In this document: positions 29,403-36,004 of the stretch, one piece after another | Numbering within the stretch: position 1 is the first letter of the stretch | How the letters are laid out: each line of letters begins with the position of its first letter | NCBI GenBank assembly: GCA_044229975.1 | Contig: JBGARZ010000033.1 | Coordinates: 1 to 36,004 of the forward strand | DNA: 36,004 nucleotides | Reading direction: 5' to 3' | DNA from: Polyangiales bacterium | GTDB taxonomy: Bacteria > Myxococcota_A > Polyangia > Polyangiales > Ga0077539 | The notes under the pieces: model-generated | Databases searched by the model: none | The model's input: the letters and a program-made list of their open reading frames with translations, nothing else | What the model was told of the DNA's origin: nothing | Program-made: the position numbers and the translations under genes

Positions 29403-29851
29403 GCGCGCAGCATCTCGACGTGGGGGATGTCGTCTTCGAGGTAGGGCTCCGACACCACCCGAAAGCCGAAGCCCTCGTAGAAGCGCTGGAGGTACGACTG
29501 CGCCGAGATGCGCACCGCGCCCATCGCCGCCGCGTCCATCAACCGCAGCGCCTCGACCATGAGCGCCCGGCCCGCTCCGCTACGGCGCACCGACGCCGCG
29601 CTCACCACCCGGCCGAGGCTCGCCTCGGGGTACTTCACGCCCGCCGGAAAGACCCTGCAATACGCGATCGGGTAATCCGCGCCCGGCGCCGTGGCCCACA
29701 GGTGCGACGCCTTCGGGTCGTAGCCGTCGGCGTCGAGGTAGGGGCACCTCTGCTCCACCACGAACACCTCCTGCCGCAGCGCCATCACCGCGTAGAGCTC
29801 GTCGCGGCTCAGCGCCTCCCAGGTCCGGTGGTGAAACGTCAACGCGTCCAT
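29399..29851 (-). CDS. elaA: ElaA-like GNAT acetyltransferase
   Basis: LRQEVFVVEQRCPYLDADG, LGRVV, ISAQSYLQRFYEGFGF, YLEDDIPHVEM. Confidence 0.85.
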   Translation of the reverse strand: MDALTFHHRTWEALSRDELYAVMALRQEVFVVEQRCPYLDADGYDPKASHLWATAPGADYPIAYCRVFPAGVKYPEASLGRVVSAASVRRSGAGRALMVEALRLMDAAAMGAVRISAQSYLQRFYEGFGFRVVSEPYLEDDIPHVEMLRA

Positions 29852-29877
29852 CGCGGCGGACCGTACCCCCGCCGCTG

Positions 29878-30420
29878 CTACGCCCGCCAGCGCTCCGCGA
29901 GCATGGCGTACACCGCGTGGTCGACCCAGCGCTCGTGCAGCCACTCGGCGCCCTTCGCCACGCCCTCCTGCGTGTACCGCAGGCGCTCGGCCACGCCGCG
30001 CGACGGGGCGTTTTCCATCGCGGCGTGGATCTCCAGGCGGTGCAGCCCCAGCGAGCTGAAGGCGTGCGTGGTGAGGGCGCGCACCGCGCGGGTCATGAGC
30101 CCCTTGCCCTGGTGCGACTGCGCGAGCCAGTAGCCGATGCCGGTGCGGCGGTTGTTCCAGTCGATCATGTGGTAGCCGCACATGCCGGCGAGGGTGCCGT
30201 CGGTGAAGAGGCCCACCTGGAGGGATTGCGAGCGCGCGAACTGCTCCAGCGACGCCGTGATGTACCCCACCGAGTCGTTGACCGCGCGGGTGCCGTCGAC
30301 CCACGGGAGGTAGCGCCGGAGGTGCGCGCGGTTTTCGTCGACGAGCGAGAACAGCAGCGGCGCGTGGCGCGGCTCCAGCAACACGAGGTCGAGCGTCGCG
30401 TCGACGGGCATGCGAAACAT
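29878..30420 (-). CDS. RimL/RimJ-family GNAT (ribosomal-protein N-acetyltransferase-like)
   Basis: NRAHLRRYLPW, IGYWLAQSHQGKGLMT, LHRLEI, ENAPSRGVAERL. Confidence 0.88.
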   Translation of the reverse strand: MFRMPVDATLDLVLLEPRHAPLLFSLVDENRAHLRRYLPWVDGTRAVNDSVGYITASLEQFARSQSLQVGLFTDGTLAGMCGYHMIDWNNRRTGIGYWLAQSHQGKGLMTRAVRALTTHAFSSLGLHRLEIHAAMENAPSRGVAERLRYTQEGVAKGAEWLHERWVDHAVYAMLAERWRA

Positions 30421-30466
30421 CGCCCGACTATCCACCGCCCCCGCGCATGGGCACAATGCGAAGCGC

Positions 30467-31303
30467 ATGGAGAACCTCGACCTCGTCGGCGTGCGCTTCA
30501 GCTCGTCCAAGCCCCCCAACCCCACCCACATCGCCTGGGGCAGCGACCGCGGCGGCGCCCTCGTCGTCGACGGCATCGACCGCGTGGGCGCCACCTTCGC
30601 CGAGCGCCTCGCCAAGGGCCCGCCGCGCGTGCTCGCCGTCGACGTCCCGCTGGGCGTCCCCGTCGGGCTCGCGCGCGACCTCGTGGGCATGGCGCTCAAC
30701 GGCTCGCAGGTGCTCCACCAGCTCACCACCGCGGCCCCGTCGCTCGTCGACGCGCGCTGGGCCGCCTTCGCCGCGTCGCACCCGGGAGCGCTCCGCCACA
30801 CCGACGCGATCACCCACGGCGCGTCGTCCATCACCGTCCCGCGCCCGCCGTCGTGGCGCTCGCTCGGCGCCTTCGCCCGGGCCCTCGCCCCGGTGCGCGA
30901 CCGCGTCACGCTGCTGCCCTTCGATTCGCTGGAGTTCACGCCCGCGCGGCCGCTCGTGATGGAGGCGCTGCCCGCGGCGATGCTCCGGCTGTTGGGTCTG
31001 CCGTACGTCCTGCACCGCGCGACGCCCGTCGAGGGAGGGCCGTCGCTCAACGACGTCACCGCCGAGCGCTACGCCGTCATCCGCGGTCTGCCCGACGCCG
31101 TCGCCGCGCTGGGCCTGCGCCTGGAGCTGCCCGCGCCTGTCGCCAACGCCTGCGCGCAAGATGCGGGGGGCGACGCCCTCGACGCGGTGCTCTCGCTCGT
31201 CGCGGCGCACCTGGGGACGCGCGGGTTCTGGACGCCGCCGCCGCTCACCGGCCCGCACGCCGCCCGCGTGCTCGTCGAGGGCTGGATCGTCCGCCCTGGC
31301 TGA
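30467..31303 (+). CDS. DUF429-like protein (RNase H-like fold, predicted nuclease)
   Basis: VLAVDVPLGVP, VMEALPA, GDALDAVL and C-terminal EGWI motifs. Confidence 0.6.
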   Translation: MENLDLVGVRFSSSKPPNPTHIAWGSDRGGALVVDGIDRVGATFAERLAKGPPRVLAVDVPLGVPVGLARDLVGMALNGSQVLHQLTTAAPSLVDARWAAFAASHPGALRHTDAITHGASSITVPRPPSWRSLGAFARALAPVRDRVTLLPFDSLEFTPARPLVMEALPAAMLRLLGLPYVLHRATPVEGGPSLNDVTAERYAVIRGLPDAVAALGLRLELPAPVANACAQDAGGDALDAVLSLVAAHLGTRGFWTPPPLTGPHAARVLVEGWIVRPG

Positions 31304-31353
31304 ACCCCGATGAGGGGTCTCAACGATGTCCGAAGAAAAATGCATTACCCCTC

Positions 31354-31381
31354 TTGACCGTACGTCAGAGGCTCTGGTAAT
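31354..31381 (+). promoter_or_regulatory. Candidate sigma70-type promoter
   Basis: TTGACC (31354-31359), 16-nt spacer, GGTAAT (31376-31381), preceded by A-rich sequence. Confidence 0.4.
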
Positions 31382-31390
31382 CACGTCGAC

Positions 31391-31415
31391 GGTTCGAGTC
31401 TCACCCCTTCTACCA
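31391..31415 (+). other. Isolated tRNA 3' fragment (T-loop to CCA), possible att-site or tRNA remnant
   Basis: GG-TTCGAGT-CTCAC-CCCTTCT-A-CCA has exact T-loop/T-stem/acceptor/discriminator/CCA spacing but no 5' half. Confidence 0.55.
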
Positions 31416-31438
31416 ACGGTCCATCTTCAACCACCACC

Positions 31439-31591
31439 ATGTTGCTCACGAGCAGGCAGATGAAGCCTTCGATCACCGAATGGACGCGGGAATGCACCGC
31501 AGCCATCGTGGTCGGGGCCTACGTGCTTCGTGACACACATCGCCCGTGTTTTCTGGGTCGGGCGAGAGGAGCGGAGTCAGCCACCGGATAG
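31439..31591 (+). CDS. Putative leader peptide (50 aa)
   Basis: MLLTSRQMKPSITEWTRECTAAIVVGAYVLRDTHRPCFLGRARGAESATG*, ends ~30 nt before an intrinsic terminator; alternative ATG at 31460; weak Shine-Dalgarno. Confidence 0.45.
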   Translation: MLLTSRQMKPSITEWTRECTAAIVVGAYVLRDTHRPCFLGRARGAESATG

Positions 31592-31618
31592 CACCGGAGC
31601 TCACTCGCAGGCCGCAAG

Positions 31619-31667
31619 AAGGGCCGCCGCTCCTCCGCTAGAAACCAGCGAGGACGGCGGCCTTTTT
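31619..31667 (+). terminator. Intrinsic terminator, likely an attenuator
   Basis: GGCCGCCG(31622-29)/CGGCGGCC(31655-62) plus TCCTC/GAGGA and GCT/AGC, followed by TTTTT. Confidence 0.8.
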
Positions 31668-31789
31668 CATGGCCTTCTCTCGTCATGACTTCGCCCCGCG
31701 AAGGCACAACGGACAACCATGTTCCGTAAGGGACACGTCTGCCCTGTGACTTCGGTGTTCTTTGAAGTGACGGTCGCCTTCTGACCCCG

Positions 31790-31915
31790 GTTGCCGCGGG
31801 TTGAAACCCACGGCAACGCCGAAAACAGTGAGCAGCACACCGCAAGTCCGCGTGGCGGACTTTGCATTGGGTTGTCCATCGTTCGCATCATTGCCGCGTA
31901 CTTCAGTGCGCGGCA
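31790..31915. repeat. Cluster of three strong palindromes (REP-like or structured RNA)
   Basis: Hairpins at 31790-31817, 31842-31865 and 31892-31915; first and third both start TTGCCGCG. Confidence 0.6.
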
Positions 31916-32032
31916 GGCGGACGCGACGACCTTCTCTTCCCTCCCCCTTCCCTCTCAACCCCCAACCCTCACCCCAGCAACAACCGACATGAAGCTCACC
32001 CGTCGAAAACAGACCCACCCGGAGGCCCTCCC

Positions 32033-32527
32033 ATGTCCCCCACGCTCCTGCTCAACGCCACCTTCGAGCCATTGAAGATCATCCCCTGGCAGCGGGCCGT
32101 GACGCTGCTGTTCCTCGGCAAGGCTGAGCTCGTCGAGGCCTATGACGAGCTCATCCGGGGCATCTCGACCTCCATCGCGATGCCCTCGGTGGTCCGTCTC
32201 CGCCGCTACGCCCGACAGGACCGTCGGGTGAAGTTCTCGCGCACCAACGTGTACCGGCGCGACGACTACACCTGCCAGTATTGCGGGGCTCAGCCCGGGG
32301 CGTCCCGGCTCACCCTCGACCACGTCTTCCCCCGCGCCCGCGGCGGCAAGATGGAGTGGACCAACATCGTGACCTCGTGCGGGCCGTGCAACGGCCGCAA
32401 GGCCGACCGCACCCCCGAGCAGGCCCGCATGGTCCTCGCTCGCCCCCCCGTGCGACCCGCGCATATGTGCGCCGTCGCCCGCTCGGAGGCCCCCCACACG
32501 GCGTGGGTTGATTACCTCGACGGGTGA
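32033..32527 (+). CDS. HNH endonuclease (McrA-like, zinc-binding), 164 aa
   Basis: GGAGG Shine-Dalgarno; LLNATFEPL, PSVVRL, RRDDYTCQYCG, TLDHVFPRARGG, WTNIVTSCGPCNGRKADRTP. Confidence 0.92.
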   Translation: MSPTLLLNATFEPLKIIPWQRAVTLLFLGKAELVEAYDELIRGISTSIAMPSVVRLRRYARQDRRVKFSRTNVYRRDDYTCQYCGAQPGASRLTLDHVFPRARGGKMEWTNIVTSCGPCNGRKADRTPEQARMVLARPPVRPAHMCAVARSEAPHTAWVDYLDG

Positions 32528-32539
32528 ACAACCCACGCA

Positions 32540-32614
32540 GTCGCCAAGGTGTTCTCAGTGACACGCCCGTTTCGTAAGCGGGAGAACCCGGTGCAAATCC
32601 GGGTGGCGGCTCCA
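32540..32614 (+). tRNA. tRNA-Thr(CGT), atypical
   Basis: Cloverleaf GTCGCCA/TGGCGGC, D stem GTGT/ACAC, anticodon arm CCCGT-TTCGTAA-GCGGG, T arm CCCGG-TGCAAAT-CCGGG, encoded CCA. Confidence 0.8.
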
Positions 32615-32750
32615 CCGGCAGTACAGCAGAGGGTTACTTCAGCCAATACGGAGGCCGCTGGTTCGACTCCAGCCCCGCGCTCTCGACGCGCGGGTAGCTC
32701 AGTTGGGAGAGCGCCGTAACCAACAGTCCCTCCGCGTTTTTTCTCCGGTG
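32615..32750 (+). ncRNA. yrlA: YrlA-like bacterial Y RNA / circularly permuted tRNA mimic
   Basis: T arm GCTGG-TTCGACT-CCAGC, loop-closed acceptor CCCGCGC-TCTCGAC-GCGCGGG, TA, D arm GCTC-AGTTGGGA-GAGC; closed by TACGG/CCGTA, GAGGG/CCCTC and CCGG/CCGG helices. Confidence 0.78.
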
Positions 32751-32900
32751 ACTTCTACCCAACCTTCAACCCCGACGCCCGCTCCCACCTCAGGAGAACT
32801 CCGATGATCCGACGAGCCTCGCAGTTCACTTCGGCAACCGGTCGAATAGCCGACCGAACCTTCGCGTAATGGTCCCATCGCAGCGCATCGCATCGCCCCG

Positions 32901-33067
32901 CCGACGGGGCCCGTAGGAGGAGACGGCGTCCCTCGTCCAACCCCAGATGGCGTCACGGGAAGGAGGAGGGACCAACGACCGCGCCCGTTCCGAGTGGGCG
33001 CGTGGGTGCCATCGGATGACGCACCTCGCGTGGCGGGGCCGGCGTCCCCTCCTACGGGTCCCGTCGG
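32901..33067. repeat. REPIN/MITE-like element with 25-bp terminal inverted repeats
   Basis: CCGACGGGGCCCGTAGGAGGAGACG versus reverse complement CCGACGGGACCCGTAGGAGGGGACG (2 mismatches); GTAG in each arm. Confidence 0.65.
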
Positions 33068-33086
33068 TGTCTGTTGTCTTGGGGGA

Positions 33087-33926
33087 TCAGTGCTGGCCGG
33101 TCGGGACGTTGAGCGCCGGGCGGGCGCCCGGACGAGCCGCCGCGGGGGCGGTGGTCGGAGCCGCGCCGGCGTCGCTGGCGCCAGGGCCGCTCACGATGGC
33201 GATGAGCTCGACCTCGAAGTTGAGCGTCGCGCCGGCGGGGATGCGACCCGTCGCGCGATCACCGTAGGCGATGGTCGGCGGGCACACGAGGCGCGCCTTG
33301 CCGCCCACGGCGATGCGCTGCACGCCCTCGGTCCAGCACGGAACCACCCCACCGAGCGGAAACTCCACCGGCTCGCCGCGGGTGTACGAGCTGTCGAACT
33401 CGGTGCCGTCGCGGAGCGTGCCGCGGTAGTGCACGCGCACGGTGCTCTCGGCCGTCGGGTGCGCCCCGGTGCCCTCGCGAATCGTGCGAAACACCAGCCC
33501 TGACGGAAGCCGCTCGGCCCCCGCCTCGTGCGCCGCCGTGTCCGCGAAGGCCGCGCCCGCCGTGTGCTCGGGGCCGAGGGCCGCCTGCTGGGCAGCGAGC
33601 TCGGCCGCGCGGGCCGCGTCGCGGGCCGGGTTGGGTCGGTCGCGCCGCGCGCGCGCCATGGCGTTGATGCGCGGGCCCCACTCGCTGAGCTCCACCTGCG
33701 GACGGGCGTTGGTCACCTTGTCGGCGATGCCGCGCTGCACGACGGCGAGCTCGGCCGGCGTCAGGCCGAAGTCCTCCATGCGCTGCCCCATCACCAGGCC
33801 GAGCGCGTAGAGCGTGCGCTCGTCGTCGGTGCGCAGCGGCGCGTTGACCGGCGTCGCGGGGGCGGGCGGGGTGGCGGGCTTGCAGGCCGAGAGCGCCAGC
33901 GTGGCGCAGAGAATCCATCGTCGCAT
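33087..33926 (-). CDS. FKBP-type peptidyl-prolyl cis-trans isomerase (FkpA/Mip-like lipoprotein)
   Basis: Lipobox LSAC, LYALG N-domain, VRVHYRGTLRDGTEFDSSY, IAYG, IPAGATLNFEVEL. Confidence 0.93.
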   Translation of the reverse strand: MRRWILCATLALSACKPATPPAPATPVNAPLRTDDERTLYALGLVMGQRMEDFGLTPAELAVVQRGIADKVTNARPQVELSEWGPRINAMARARRDRPNPARDAARAAELAAQQAALGPEHTAGAAFADTAAHEAGAERLPSGLVFRTIREGTGAHPTAESTVRVHYRGTLRDGTEFDSSYTRGEPVEFPLGGVVPCWTEGVQRIAVGGKARLVCPPTIAYGDRATGRIPAGATLNFEVELIAIVSGPGASDAGAAPTTAPAAARPGARPALNVPTGQH

Positions 33927-34007
33927 CGTTTTATCCCTCTTCGTAAGTTCCGGCCTGGGCGGCTCGTGGAGGGCCGCGGAGTATCACAGTCCCGCGGCCG
34001 TTGCCTC

Positions 34008-35627
<1,620 letters not shown>

Positions 35628-36004
35628 GGCGACCGCGCGCTTACCGGCCCCGAGGGGGGGAGCGCAAGTCCCGCACGTCCATCAGCTGCACAAGCGTGAC
35701 GGTGGGCCTCGCCTCGTCACGTCATCAGAGGGTGCGAAGCCCCATGTGCAGCCACGCGGCCACGATCGGAAGCGGAGTGACCGCGATCAGATAGCGACCA
35801 GACGCCCGCATGGAGCATTGCCCCTCGAAGAACGATGCGTGTAGCGTCGCGGGGTCAATGCCTCAGCAGGGTTGAGTGGCTGAGCTGAGCGCCGCTTCGC
35901 CCGCAGCGTATCAACCGCCAGCGTGCCGTCGCCCCTCTGGACGGGAGCTCCGGGATTCTGTAGTCGCAGCCTATGAGCGACGCCGCCACCGACGTGCCGA
36001 GTCC

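Noticed and set aside
31519..32075. Short ORFs listed in the track across the HNH upstream region
   Set aside because: Atypical codon usage, no motifs, and they overlap strong RNA hairpins
32033..32527. HNH as IscB/Cas9-like nuclease or as the restriction partner of the methylase at 6842
   Set aside because: Only 164 aa with no RuvC motifs or PLMP start; the methylase is about 24 kb away
32640..32720. Two ordinary adjacent tRNA genes
   Set aside because: Only a 3' half followed by a 5' half is present; they pair with each other, and there is no CCA or intact anticodon loop
35973..36004. Possible gene start ATGAGCGAC at the window end
   Set aside because: Only ten codons visible; cannot be supported

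Overview
Very GC-rich bacterial DNA whose gene content (Ser/Thr kinase, Cys-rich lipoproteins, an MFE-2/SCPx-type beta-oxidation pair) suggests a myxobacterium; this taxonomy is inferred. Positions 1-31.3 kb hold about 27 mostly ordinary genes. These include a large C-terminal-domain kinase, an orphan amino-methyltransferase, a TonB-like protein, an EF-hand protein, GNATs, a coupled operon of an isoprenoid-synthase-like gene and two GET3/ArsA ATPases, an aminotransferase, thiolase plus MFE-2, a transglutaminase-like protein, tgt and a DUF429-like gene. FKBP and ABC-F genes close the window. The most striking part is an RNA-rich islet at about 31.3-33.1 kb, all on the + strand. In order it contains a candidate sigma70 promoter, an isolated tRNA 3' fragment, a 50-codon leader ORF with a terminator/antiterminator pair, a hairpin cluster, a small HNH endonuclease, an atypical tRNA-Thr(CGT), and a circularly permuted tRNA-like RNA. 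That RNA has YrlA (bacterial Y RNA) topology and tRNA-Gly identity features, yet no Ro60/TROVE or RtcB gene lies in the window. I interpret the islet as a candidate translation-stress-inducible HNH + tRNA + tRNA-mimic module. All calls come from reading the sequence; no searches were run.
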